Source: a virus
Strand: one strand, 5' to 3'
DNA length: 64,000 nucleotides
IMG/VR virus record: IMGVR_UViG_3300038393_001317
The translations under genes and the position numbers were made by a program. Positions 18,608-27,900 of this stretch are shown here, piece after piece; position 1 is the first letter of the stretch; each line of letters opens with the position of its first letter. Under the pieces are notes generated by a model. That model had not been told where the DNA came from. It saw only the letters and a list, made by a program, of their open reading frames with translations, and made no database searches.

Positions 18608-18623
18608 ATTGTGCCGTCACGGC
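18608..18623 (-). promoter_or_regulatory. GCCGTGAC-GG-CACAAT box variant, 7 nt before ATG 18600
   Basis: - strand GCCGTGACGGCACAATCGCCGTCATG. Confidence 0.35.
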
Positions 18624-18624
18624 A

Positions 18625-19092
18625 TTACGCCAGGGTGAACACGCCGGTCGCGGCCGGCTTGATCGTCAGCGTGTTGCCGGTGGTCACCGTGAAGGCGGCC
18701 GTCGACAGCGTGCAGAAGCACAGCACCTTGCCGGCGCCGGCGCCCGTCGAGTTGCGGATGACGGCGTACTTGATGTTGGTCAGGTTGCCGCCGTTCGCCG
18801 TGAACACGAGGCCCGCGGTCGAGTACGTGAACTTGAACTGCTTCGCCGACGCGCCGACGGTCCACTGGCCCGTTGCCGGCACCAGGTTGCGGCCGCCCGC
18901 GACATAGCCGCCGGTCGCCGAGATTTCGCCGGGGATGGACGCGAAGGTCGAGCGCGTCGACAGCGCGAGGATGGCGGCGGATGCCGATGCGCGGTGCAGC
19001 GACATTTTGAACACGCCGGCGCCCAGCGTGATCGTTCCGTTGCCGAAGTACTTTTTCGCTTTCGCGTAGATTTTCCAGGTGCCAGCAGCCAT
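18625..19092 (-). CDS. small virion protein (155 aa), function unknown
   Basis: GGAGC SD, G/T/A-rich beta-type sequence, followed by a terminator. Confidence 0.75.
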   Translation of the reverse strand: MAAGTWKIYAKAKKYFGNGTITLGAGVFKMSLHRASASAAILALSTRSTFASIPGEISATGGYVAGGRNLVPATGQWTVGASAKQFKFTYSTAGLVFTANGGNLTNIKYAVIRNSTGAGAGKVLCFCTLSTAAFTVTTGNTLTIKPAATGVFTLA

Positions 19093-19104
19093 GTTTTGCT
19101 CCGG

Positions 19105-20544
19105 TTAGGCTTCGATGGAATCCGCCGCCAGGTCGGCGCCGGTGTTGAGAATGTGGGTCAGGAGCCCGTCGCCGTACATCTCGAGCTCGAACTCGTTGCC
19201 CAGGACCTTGATCAGGTCCATGAACTCCTGAGCCTGAGCGACCATCCAGGGATGGCACTTGAAGATGCGGCCGCCGACGATCAGCGGCGTGACGACCGGG
19301 CCGTCGTTTTCGGGTTGCGAGTAGGCGTGATGCGCCTCCTCCTCGGACAGGCACGAGTCGCACCCGAACAGGTGGTACTTCTTGAAGCCGAGCATGCGCA
19401 GCAGCGGGATGGCGCGCAGCAGCACCGTGGAGCCGCCGGGCACGCCGTACCAGATTTCGTCCGTGTACTGCGCGTTGAGCTCGGCCTGAATCATCTCCGC
19501 CGTGGTGTGCCAGAGCAGCACCTGGTCGTGCGGGATGCCTTCGAACACGCTGGGGTCGCACTGGCTCGCCAGCATGTACTTGCACGCCGGCACCGGGCGG
19601 CGCGTGAAGCGCGCGTTGAACGGGCGGGCGTCGACCATGATGAGGGCCGACGGCGTGATGCCGTTGTCCAGGCACCAGTCGTGCGCGCCGTTCAGGCAAA
19701 TCAGCTTGACGCCGGCCTCGCGCAGCTTGCGGATGGTCTCGACCTGGCCGGCCAGGCTGGGCCCGCCGCCGACGATCATGACCTCCACGTCATTGGTCTC
19801 GTGCGGCACGGCCTGGGTGTAGCCCTGGGCGATGTTGTGCCGCACGTTGGCGCGGACCTCGTCCTCCGCCATGTTCAGCGTGCCGACTTCGACAATGTCG
19901 GTACCCGTCGACCAGGCGCTCACGTAGAAGCAGCAGGCGTTGTCGCTCTGCGCGCTCCAGTGGATGATGCAGCCGCGTTCGGTGAACTTCTTGAGCCACC
20001 ACTCGTACGGGTGCACCGACAGGTGCAGGGGATGGCCGATCAGCGCGCCGCACACGTCGTCTACCGTGCTGATTTGGTAGAACACGTGCTGGGCCGCCAT
20101 CAGCGTGTTGTCCAGGACCGCGTCGACGTGCTCGGGCGGAATGTGCTCGAGCACGTCGGTGCAGTAGCCGTACTCCGCGTTCGCCGGCAGCGGCTTGGTG
20201 AGGTCCGCCTCGAGGAAGCGCATGGCGTGAGCCTGCGTCTCGAGCATCGGGCGAATGTCCTCGTCCAGGCAGTTGCTGGCGAAGTCCAGCATGGTGACGT
20301 TGAGACCGTTGAACGCCAGGGCGAACGAGCCGCGGCCGGTGCCGCAGCCCATGTCGAGGATGGTCGAGCCCGGCTTCGGGCGCGCCACGTCGAAGAACAT
20401 GGGGACCATGTCCTCGCCCGGGGCAACGGCGCGGTATTCCGGCCGCTCCCACATCTGGCGGTAAATGTCCGCCTCCGCCGGGCGGGCGGGGGCGATGAGC
20501 ACCTGGGGCGGCGCTCCTTCGATTCCGGTCTCTACGGTTTGCAT
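19105..20544 (-). CDS. class I SAM-dependent methyltransferase fused to DUF115/MptE-like (Maf-type glycosyltransferase-like) domain
   Basis: N-terminal motif I ILDMGCGTGRGS with CTDVLEHIP. C-terminal VMIVGGGPSL...KLICLNGA...ITPSALIMVDA...GGSTVLLRAIPLLRMLGFKKYHLFGCD matches the hallmarks I know for Maf/DUF115. Confidence 0.7.
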   Translation of the reverse strand: MQTVETGIEGAPPQVLIAPARPAEADIYRQMWERPEYRAVAPGEDMVPMFFDVARPKPGSTILDMGCGTGRGSFALAFNGLNVTMLDFASNCLDEDIRPMLETQAHAMRFLEADLTKPLPANAEYGYCTDVLEHIPPEHVDAVLDNTLMAAQHVFYQISTVDDVCGALIGHPLHLSVHPYEWWLKKFTERGCIIHWSAQSDNACCFYVSAWSTGTDIVEVGTLNMAEDEVRANVRHNIAQGYTQAVPHETNDVEVMIVGGGPSLAGQVETIRKLREAGVKLICLNGAHDWCLDNGITPSALIMVDARPFNARFTRRPVPACKYMLASQCDPSVFEGIPHDQVLLWHTTAEMIQAELNAQYTDEIWYGVPGGSTVLLRAIPLLRMLGFKKYHLFGCDSCLSEEEAHHAYSQPENDGPVVTPLIVGGRIFKCHPWMVAQAQEFMDLIKVLGNEFELEMYGDGLLTHILNTGADLAADSIEA

Positions 20545-20597
20545 GTTGGTTCGCTTCGGGGGTACGTGTCGATCGCCTGGTGGGTAGCCAGGCGGGC

Positions 20598-21122
20598 TTA
20601 GAACACCTCGGGCTGGCCGTCGCCGGCGCCCGCGGGCTTGCTTTCCTGCGTGCCGGCGCCAGCGCCCGCACCTTCGCCGCCGGTGCCCGTCGACGCATTC
20701 GCGTCGCCCGTGCCGGGCGTCATCTCGCCGCCGCCGGCCGCGCCGGAGGCTTGCTGTTGCTGGCCGGCGCCGTTGTCGCCGCCGGTCTGCTTGTTCTTGT
20801 CCTTCGAGTCCTTCTTGGTGGACTTGGAGGTCGTCGTCGTGGCCGCCTGGCCCGTCGATGCGGAGCTCGAGCCCGCGCCGGCGCCGGTACCGGTGCCGCC
20901 GTCGACGTGCGAGCCGGTCTTTTCACCGGGTTGCTGGTGGACGCCCTTCGGCGCGCCGACGAGCTCGTAGCCGCCCACGCTGATGAAGTGCTGCGCCACG
21001 TCCGGGTCGATCGGCTCGGACACCATGCCGTGACCGTCGGGATGCTTCTCGAACTTCACCCCGTTGATTTCGTCGCTCGCGTTGGGGCGCTTGCAAATGA
21101 CCTTGACCTTGTTGCTGCTCAT
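20598..21122 (-). CDS. hypothetical head-module protein with long G/A/T/S/Q low-complexity tail
   Basis: 174 aa with a globular N-terminus (MSSNKVKVICKRPNASDEINGVKFEKHPDGHGMVSEPIDPDVAQHFISVGGYELVG). Immediately after the MCP terminator. Confidence 0.75.
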   Translation of the reverse strand: MSSNKVKVICKRPNASDEINGVKFEKHPDGHGMVSEPIDPDVAQHFISVGGYELVGAPKGVHQQPGEKTGSHVDGGTGTGAGAGSSSASTGQAATTTTSKSTKKDSKDKNKQTGGDNGAGQQQQASGAAGGGEMTPGTGDANASTGTGGEGAGAGAGTQESKPAGAGDGQPEVF

Positions 21123-21144
21123 CTCGATTCCTGGTTGTGTTTCA

Positions 21145-21179
21145 AAAACGCCCGGGCCCTCGTTGGAAGGCCCGGGCGC
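21145..21179 (-). terminator. strong intrinsic terminator after major capsid gene
   Basis: - strand CGCCCGGGCC-TTCCAACGAG-GGCCCGGGCG followed by TTTTTG (10-bp GC stem). Confidence 0.75.
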
Positions 21180-21206
21180 GCTTTCACCTGTCGGGCGCGC
21201 CGGCGA

Positions 21207-22712
21207 TTACTCGCCGGTGTGCGGACGCCAGAGCGCGTTGCTGGGCAACACGTTCTTGATGTAGCCGTGGTGCTTCGGCTTGGTGATCCGCAGGTAGCCG
21301 AACAGGAACTGGAACCAGGAGATGACCGGCATGCCGCCGATGCCGAACGGCAGCGGAATCTTGGTCATCGGCTGGAACTGGCGCCAGCCGATCGCGTCGG
21401 CCGAGCGGTTCATGTTCAGCAGCGGGACGGCCGTGGTGCCGGGAATGTTCTGGTTCTCGTCCACGTAGACCGTGGTCGCGCCAGCGCACTTCACCGTCGC
21501 CATCAGGCGGAACTCCGACGTGGTGTTCACGCCGTCCTGCTTCGAACGGAAGATGCGGTAGCCCGTTTCCGTCGCCGCGCCGGAACGCGTGATGGTCAGG
21601 GTCACCTTGTTGCCCGCGGCCACCGCCACCTGGGCGGACTTGGTCAGCGCGGTCATGCCTTCACCGCTCGCGCCGATCGACTCGACGGCGTAGTAGTAGT
21701 TGCCGGCACGGCCCGCGGTGAAGTAGTTCGCCGGGGTACCCGCGGCGGCCACACCGGCGATCGACACCGGCTTGAACGCCACGTTGGCCGCGGCGATCGC
21801 CGCGAAGTTCACCTCGAACGGGGACTGCATCGGGTGCGCCTCGTCGTGGATGAACGTGTCCATGTGCGTCTTGAGCACGCCGTTCGTCAGGCGGATGCCT
21901 TCGACGTGCGCGCCGACCTGGGGCGTGTTCTGGCCCGGGCCCCAGCGGAACGCCGGGTCGAGGCCCATGTTCAGGTCGTTCTGCACCGAGTTGGGCAGGT
22001 ACACGTCCGTGCTGCGGCCCCAGGAACCGTAGCGGGACACCGCCACGTTGATCTTGGAGAAGGGCTCGACGGAGTCGAGCTTCGCGCCGTTCATGTTCAG
22101 CACGCACTCGGCGGGCATCTCGCCGGCAGCGATCGAGTCATCGAGCTGCTTGAAGATGCCGTCGTACTGCGTCGGGCTCGCGCTCGAATCGCCGTAGAAC
22201 AGCAGGTACTCGGCGTCCGTCAGGAGCTGCAGGGCACCGTTGCGCTCCTCGACCGCGGTCGCTTCCACGATGTTCTTGCCGATGTTCAGCACGTAGCCGA
22301 CCTGGCGCAGCGTCATCAGGAACTTGACCAGGCCGATTTCACGGCTGTAGTCGCCCTGCGCAGCGCGCACGACGCCCATCTGGGTGTTCGTGGTGCCGCC
22401 CAGGAAGCCGCCCACGCTGGTCTGGCGCGAGTACTCGTCCACGATGTTCGTGGCGTTGGTGCTCTGGAGCTGGTTGAACAGGATGAAGTGTTCGTTCTCC
22501 TGGATGGTCGTTTTCATGGCCGTGTCCAGGGACTGCACGCCGAGCGCGCCGCCGCCCGTGAGCGTCGCCACGTCGGTCTGGTAGTTGCTCGCCTGGAGCG
22601 CCTTCTGGAGCTCCTCGAACTGCGAGAGGGCGCCGCCTTGCGAGCCGCCCAGAGCGGCGCCGGCGCCGCTTGCAGCCGCCATGCCCGCGAATTGCTGGAG
22701 AAGTTGTTTCAT
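21207..22712 (-). CDS. major capsid protein
   Basis: 501 aa from ATG 22712 (GAGG SD). The track start 22823 adds Arg/Pro-rich shadow overlapping the scaffold gene. Order is protease-scaffold-MCP, followed by a strong terminator. Confidence 0.8.
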   Translation of the reverse strand: MKQLLQQFAGMAAASGAGAALGGSQGGALSQFEELQKALQASNYQTDVATLTGGGALGVQSLDTAMKTTIQENEHFILFNQLQSTNATNIVDEYSRQTSVGGFLGGTTNTQMGVVRAAQGDYSREIGLVKFLMTLRQVGYVLNIGKNIVEATAVEERNGALQLLTDAEYLLFYGDSSASPTQYDGIFKQLDDSIAAGEMPAECVLNMNGAKLDSVEPFSKINVAVSRYGSWGRSTDVYLPNSVQNDLNMGLDPAFRWGPGQNTPQVGAHVEGIRLTNGVLKTHMDTFIHDEAHPMQSPFEVNFAAIAAANVAFKPVSIAGVAAAGTPANYFTAGRAGNYYYAVESIGASGEGMTALTKSAQVAVAAGNKVTLTITRSGAATETGYRIFRSKQDGVNTTSEFRLMATVKCAGATTVYVDENQNIPGTTAVPLLNMNRSADAIGWRQFQPMTKIPLPFGIGGMPVISWFQFLFGYLRITKPKHHGYIKNVLPSNALWRPHTGE

Positions 22713-22753
22713 GTGAACCTCGTTGGGAAGTTGTGGGCTGGTTTTCGCAGGGC

Positions 22754-23458
22754 TTAGGCCGCCTTGGCCTTCGCAACCTTGGAAATCAGGTCGGTGGGAA
22801 CGGGCTGGCCGGAGCGCAGGCACACGTCGATCGTGGTGAGACCGACGCCGTCGATCAGCTTCTGGTCATAGGCGGAGTGCGCCTTGAGCATGAACTCCTC
22901 GGCCGACACTTCCGCGCCGCCCTCACCGCCCTTGGCGAGCGTGCCTTCGCCGCCCTGGCCGCCTTGGCCCTGGCCGCCGGCGCCCGCGCCGCCCTTGTCG
23001 TGGATGGCGATGACCGTCTTGCGGCCGCGCCCTTCGCCGCGCAGAGCGGTGACCTGCTCGCCCAGCGACTTGATCATGGCGTTCTGCTTGCCGATCACGT
23101 CCATGGTGATCGTCAGCGACTTGGTGAGCGCCGCTTCGGTGTTGTCCAGGCGCGCCGTGAGCGCCTTCACCAGCTCGGTGCCGTCCTCGGCCTCGACCTC
23201 GGTCCCGTCGGCCAGGGTGACCTTGAGGGACTTGGTGAGCGTCTGGCCGCCTTCGCCGCCTTCGCCGCCGGCCGCGCCGCCTTCGCCCGCGCCGGCACCT
23301 TCGCCCGCACCGGCCTGGCCTTCGCCGCCGCCTTCACCACCTTCGCCACCCGCGCCGGCACCGGCGCCTTCGCCGCCCGCCGGAAGCGACTTCGCGAGGG
23401 TATCCGTGCCTGCCTGGGCCTGCTCGAGGTCCGCCAGCAGCTTCTGGAATTGACTCAT
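22754..23458 (-). CDS. scaffolding protein candidate
   Basis: 234 aa from ATG 23458 (ATGA overlap with protease stop). Coiled-coil-like segments flank two acidic Gly/Glu/Ala tracts. Position is protease->MCP. Confidence 0.65.
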   Translation of the reverse strand: MSQFQKLLADLEQAQAGTDTLAKSLPAGGEGAGAGAGGEGGEGGGEGQAGAGEGAGAGEGGAAGGEGGEGGQTLTKSLKVTLADGTEVEAEDGTELVKALTARLDNTEAALTKSLTITMDVIGKQNAMIKSLGEQVTALRGEGRGRKTVIAIHDKGGAGAGGQGQGGQGGEGTLAKGGEGGAEVSAEEFMLKAHSAYDQKLIDGVGLTTIDVCLRSGQPVPTDLISKVAKAKAA

Positions 23459-24381
23459 GATTTGCTCCGTTTGTTGAGACCAGTTTTCAAATCGCGCACG
23501 AAGCGCTCGACCCATTCAGCCGCTTGGTCGGACGGCAAGCTGAAATGTTTGGCGGCGTACGAGACGAGCTCGTTCGCACCGGGGTTCTCGCCGACCACGC
23601 CCGTGCGGACGTACTCGGCCAATTTCTCGCGGAACTCGTGGTAGTTCCTGGGGGCCTGGCCGCGATCGAGCGACTGCATGCCCAGCGCGGCGCCGCCGGT
23701 CTTGGCGGCCGCGTCCGTTGCGTAGCTGGCCTCGAGGGCTTTCGCCAGGTCGAAGCCGTCGGCGCCGAAGCACTTCGCGAACGCGCCCATCGGCAGCGTT
23801 GCGCACTCCGGCACGTGCTGGTTCACCGGCGTCTTGCTGAAACCGATGTTGGTCCAGCGGACCTTTTGGACGATCGCCTTGCGCAGCTTGGTCGCAGGGT
23901 CGATCACGACCTTGGTCGCGGACTTGTCGATCGCGCCGCCGACCGACGGGTACCAGCGCTGCGGCGGCTGGAGCTCGGTAAGCGACGACCAGAACTCATT
24001 GGCGCGCGCGGCCGCGATGCCGTCGCCGGCGTAAATCTCGCACTTGACGAACGTCGACTTGCCGTTCTGGCGCACGTCGACCGGCCGGCCAATCTCGTAC
24101 AGGTTCGCGTCCGGGATGCCGGGCCAGCCCTTCGCCGGGTTCGGCTTGCCGATCAGCGTGTAGTGCTCGAGGTCGATGTTGCCGTAGCGCTTGAAGTACT
24201 CGGCGGACTCGGCGAGCGCCTTCGCGGCGACCACCTCGTTTTGCTGGTCCAGACCCTCGTTGCTGGCCTCGCAATACAGGAACCGGCGGCCGCCATCCGT
24301 CGACGGCGTCGCCTTCAACATCGAGCCGATGCTGATAAACGAGGGGACGGCCGCGAGCAGGCTTTCGTCGGACTGCAACAT
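23455..24381 (-). CDS. prohead (maturation) protease candidate
   Basis: 308 aa upstream of scaffold/MCP, with segments such as EASNEGLDQQNEVV and IDLEHY. Assignment is mostly positional. Confidence 0.6.
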   Translation of the reverse strand: MLQSDESLLAAVPSFISIGSMLKATPSTDGGRRFLYCEASNEGLDQQNEVVAAKALAESAEYFKRYGNIDLEHYTLIGKPNPAKGWPGIPDANLYEIGRPVDVRQNGKSTFVKCEIYAGDGIAAARANEFWSSLTELQPPQRWYPSVGGAIDKSATKVVIDPATKLRKAIVQKVRWTNIGFSKTPVNQHVPECATLPMGAFAKCFGADGFDLAKALEASYATDAAAKTGGAALGMQSLDRGQAPRNYHEFREKLAEYVRTGVVGENPGANELVSYAAKHFSLPSDQAAEWVERFVRDLKTGLNKRSKS

Positions 24382-24387
24382 GAGCGT

Positions 24388-24403
24388 ATGGTGTTGTCAC
24401 GAC
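24388..24403 (-). promoter_or_regulatory. GTCGTGAC-AA-CACCAT box, 6 nt before ATG 24381
   Basis: - strand GTCGTGACAACACCATACGCTCATG; no SD possible. Confidence 0.55.
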
Positions 24404-24430
24404 CACGCCGCGCCGAGGTGAGCGCCCACG

Positions 24431-24454
24431 AAAAAGGCCGCACGCGGCGGCCTT
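24431..24454 (-). terminator. intrinsic terminator upstream of protease operon
   Basis: - strand AAGGCCGC-CGCGT-GCGGCCTT followed by TTT. Confidence 0.55.
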
Positions 24455-24475
24455 GTTGTCAGTGGTTGGGGGTGA

Positions 24476-24742
24476 TCAGGAGTCCGGCTCGAGGTGCGCG
24501 CGCGCCTGGGCGATGACCTGGTGCAGGCGGCCGCGCTCCTCGATCGCGTTCATGTACGTCTCCGCGGCCTCGCTGTCGCCATGCAGCGACGGGATGGTGC
24601 GGGTGTTCTCGATCGTGCGCTCGACCTCCTCGAGGCGCTTCTCGGCGGCCGCCAGGATGCGGCGCTCGTCCTCCTGGGTGCGGTGGGCCAGGGCGCCGAG
24701 CTCGCCGAGCTGCCGGCGCGGCGTGTCGATCGGGTCGTTCAT
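24476..24742 (-). CDS. hypothetical coiled-coil protein (88 aa)
   Basis: Normal charged/helical composition; start overlaps the upstream ORF stop (24739/24742). Confidence 0.7.
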   Translation of the reverse strand: MNDPIDTPRRQLGELGALAHRTQEDERRILAAAEKRLEEVERTIENTRTIPSLHGDSEAAETYMNAIEERGRLHQVIAQARAHLEPDS

Positions 24743-24921
24743 TCCGGCCTCGCAATCAGCAGGAGCTGGTGACCGCGCGGCCCGGGCATGAAGTGGTGCC
24801 GCAGGAGCTGGAGGGCGGCGCGCCCCGACAGGGCGTTGCCGGGGATGCTATTCAGGCCGTGCGTCGGCTCGCCGTACAGGGCGTACCGGGCGGCCAGCGA
24901 AATGAGGCTGATGCGGAACAT
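24739..24921 (-). CDS. hypothetical small protein (60 aa)
   Basis: Fills the gap after the 1525-aa gene and is coupled to the next ORF. Weak SD. Confidence 0.45.
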   Translation of the reverse strand: MFRISLISLAARYALYGEPTHGLNSIPGNALSGRAALQLLRHHFMPGPRGHQLLLIARPE

Positions 24922-24934
24922 GGCCCTATGTTAC

Positions 24935-27900
24935 TCAAAAAAGAGCACCAGGGGAATCCGCCTCGCGCACCTGGCGCTCGCGCAGGAACTGGGCGATGCC
25001 GGTCTCGTCCAGGCCCTCCAGGCTGGAGGTCATGAGGTCGCGCAGGCCGTATTTGCGTTGCAGGCGATCGCGGGCGCGGTGCACCTCGGGATGGTCCGGA
25101 ACGGCGTCGATCAGCTCCACGTCGTTTTCCTGGCCGGTGCGGAAAATGCGGCCGTTGCGCTGGGCGTGCGTCATGGCGGTCATCGGCGTGTCCGCCTGGT
25201 ACAGCCACTGGCCGCGCTGCACGTTCATGCCGGTCGCGCCGGCGTCGGACGCCACCAGAATGTCCGCCTGGGCCTCGCCCTGCTCCGGCTTGAACATGCG
25301 GCGCTTGCGCTCCTTCTCCTTCGGGCCGTCCTTGCCGGTGATCGTGACCACGCGATGGCCGGCCTTCTCCAGGCGCTCGGCCAGCATCTGGACCTGCTTG
25401 AGGGAGTGCGCGAACACCACGCCGGGCTTTCCCTTGCGCTCGGCCGCCTTCGCGACCAGGTCGTCGGCGATCGGGTTGTCCTCGTGCTCCATGATGGTCC
25501 GCATGACCGCGGACGACTTCATGATGCCCAGGCTTTGCTGGAGCTCCTTCGCGCGGGCCTGGTGCGCCGACTCCTCGAGGCCGTCGAATTGCTGCGGCGC
25601 GATCGCCTTCATGGCGTCCACGTCGACGCGGCCCTGGATTCGCGCGATGCGCGCCCGGGTGAAGTGACCCTCGAGCTCGGCGAGCGCCTGGCGCTGGCCG
25701 GCCGACAGCGCGAGCTTCGACTCCTTGCGGTCGGCGTGCACGTCCGGGTCGATCTTGCTCGGGAAGATGTAGCGCGCCATCTCGCGGCGCAGGGCGTCCT
25801 TCGACGCCAGGGTGTCGGCGCCGTAGCGGCGCATGAACTCGCCGCGATCGCGGTACCGCGCCGGGTCCATCTTGCGCATGAGGTCGAACACCTCGCTAGC
25901 GTCGTTCTTGACCGGGTCGCCGCTGGCCGTCACGTAGTACGGCGTCACGTCCGGATGCGACAGCGCGTCGACCACATTCGCCAGGCTCGAGTTTTCCTTG
26001 CCGGCGCGGTTGAGGGTGTTCTGGCCCTCGTCCACGTTCAGGTAGTCGTAGCTGATGCCCTCGCGCTCGAGCGTCGCCTTCATCCAGTCCTTGCGCTCGT
26101 CGTCCGACATGGCCGCCACGCGCGCGGTCATCTCGTCGGGCGAGACGCCGGCGTGCTGGGCCGCCAGGTGCATCATGTCGTCGCGGAACGACTGGTGCGT
26201 CATGACCGTGAAGTGGTTGCTCGCGTCCTTGTGGGCCTTGATGCGCTCCTCGCGGCTGGCGCCGGGCTCGATATGCCACTTGTACTTGCCGGGCTCGAGG
26301 TAGCGCAGCGCCTCGCCGGCGAACTGGCCCTGCACGATCGACGGCACCAGGAACAGGCCGCGCTTCGCCTTACCCTGGCCGTGCAGGTGCGAGTAGGACG
26401 CCAGGCCGAGCAGGGTCTTGCCGGAGCCGGTACCGAAGGCTGCGACCACGCGCTTGTTCGCGTCGATCAGCTTGACCAGGCGCTGTCGCGCGGCGTTCTT
26501 GCCGCCCGACATGGTCGGCTCCCACAGGCGCAGGGGCTGGCCGGGCTTGAAGTTGCGGCCGACGACGCCCATCATGCCGGCGAGCTGGCGCTCCGCCTCG
26601 TGGCCGATGGTGTAGCGCTCGTCGCCGGCGAGCTGGGGTTCCTGGTCGCCGGCGGCCGCGGGGGCGTCCTCGGTGGAGAAGAACCCCATCTGGGCCTGCT
26701 CCAGCGCCTCGTTTTTCTCGCGGGCGGCGTCCAGCTTGTCGGAGACCGCGCCGGCGGCGTACTTGCCGGCGGAGCGCTCGCGCAGGCTGTCCACCAGGGC
26801 GCGCTCGCGGGCCATGCGCTCCTCGCGCGCGGCCGGGTCGACGGCGTCCAGGTGGTTCAGGTTGTTGCGGATGACCGTGCGGCCCAGCTTGAGCGGCGCC
26901 CGCGGGTTCAGCTTGTTGTGCGCCTCGAGGAACGACTTCGCGACACGCGAGCGAATCAGGTCCTGCACGGCCTGGTACGCCTTTTCGTTGCCGTGCATGG
27001 CCTCGACGTACTTCGCCCAGTCCAGCGATGCGCTGCCCACCTTGGCGGCCAGCTCGTCGCGGCGCGCGCGCCAGTCGGCCCAGGCCGGGTTCTCGGTCTC
27101 CTCGCCGAACATATCGCCGACGGTCTTTTCCGGCTCCGCGGCGACGTGGTCCTCGAGCTCGCGGCGCATGTTGCCGGCGTCGGGGCTTTCCTTCGCGACG
27201 TTGCGGTAGAAGAACTCGCGCAGCGCGCGCTGGTCCTGCTGCTCGAGCTCGCCGAGCTGCTTGAACGCGGCGACGCCCTCCGGCGTTTCCGCCAGGGCGC
27301 GGTGCAGCGCGTCCACGCTCACCTGGTCGACGTTGAACTTCTGGCGGTTGATCGCCTGGCGCCCGTTCGGATGCCGGCGCTGCATGAACACGTCGGCGTA
27401 GCCGTCGAAGTCACCGGCCAGGGCTTCGGCGCGGCGCGGCTTGCCGCGGCCGTCCTTGAGCGGGGCGACGGCGTCGAGCGCCTTGCGGTACTCGTCCGCG
27501 CGATCGGCGCCGACCTTGTCGAAGAACGCCGCCGACTGAATGTCCGCGACTATGTCGCCGGGCGTGTCACCGTCGGCCGCGCGGCCGCCGATGTAATCCA
27601 GGAGCGACTGCTCGAGGTCGGCGCCAGGCGTGAAGGGCTCGGCCAGGCGCGGCGCGACGCCGGGCTTCACGTCCATGGCGAGGTCGGGCCGGCGCGCGAC
27701 GCCGATCGGGAGCCAGCCGTCCTCGTCCTGGTCGCCGCGGATGATCGCCAGGTTGCGCTGGACCTGCTCCACGTCGGCGCGGTCGATCGGCTTCGCCAGG
27801 CGATCGAGGCCGGCGCCGGTGACGGTCAGGAACGTGTTGCCGCCGGCGGTGTCCACCTGGTATTCGCCGCGCTGCAGGCCGATCGCGCGCACCTGGGTGA

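Noticed and set aside
21207-22823. Longer N-terminal extensions offered by the ORF track (also 22754..23515, 36951..39200, 38840..40222, 53379..54230, 56036..56704, 59669..60454, 62999..63358, 47543.., 47965.., 48518..)
   Set aside because: The extra N-terminal residues overlap the preceding gene in another frame and are Arg/Pro/Gly-rich. Internal ATG/GTG starts with an SD or an ATGA/GTGA overlap give compact, coupled genes.
22880-23400. Short tandem GGCGAAGGCGG/GCCGGCGCC-type repeats that could superficially look like a repeat array
   Set aside because: They are in-frame codon repeats for Gly/Glu/Ala tracts within the scaffold ORF. There is no repeat-spacer periodicity, so this is not CRISPR.
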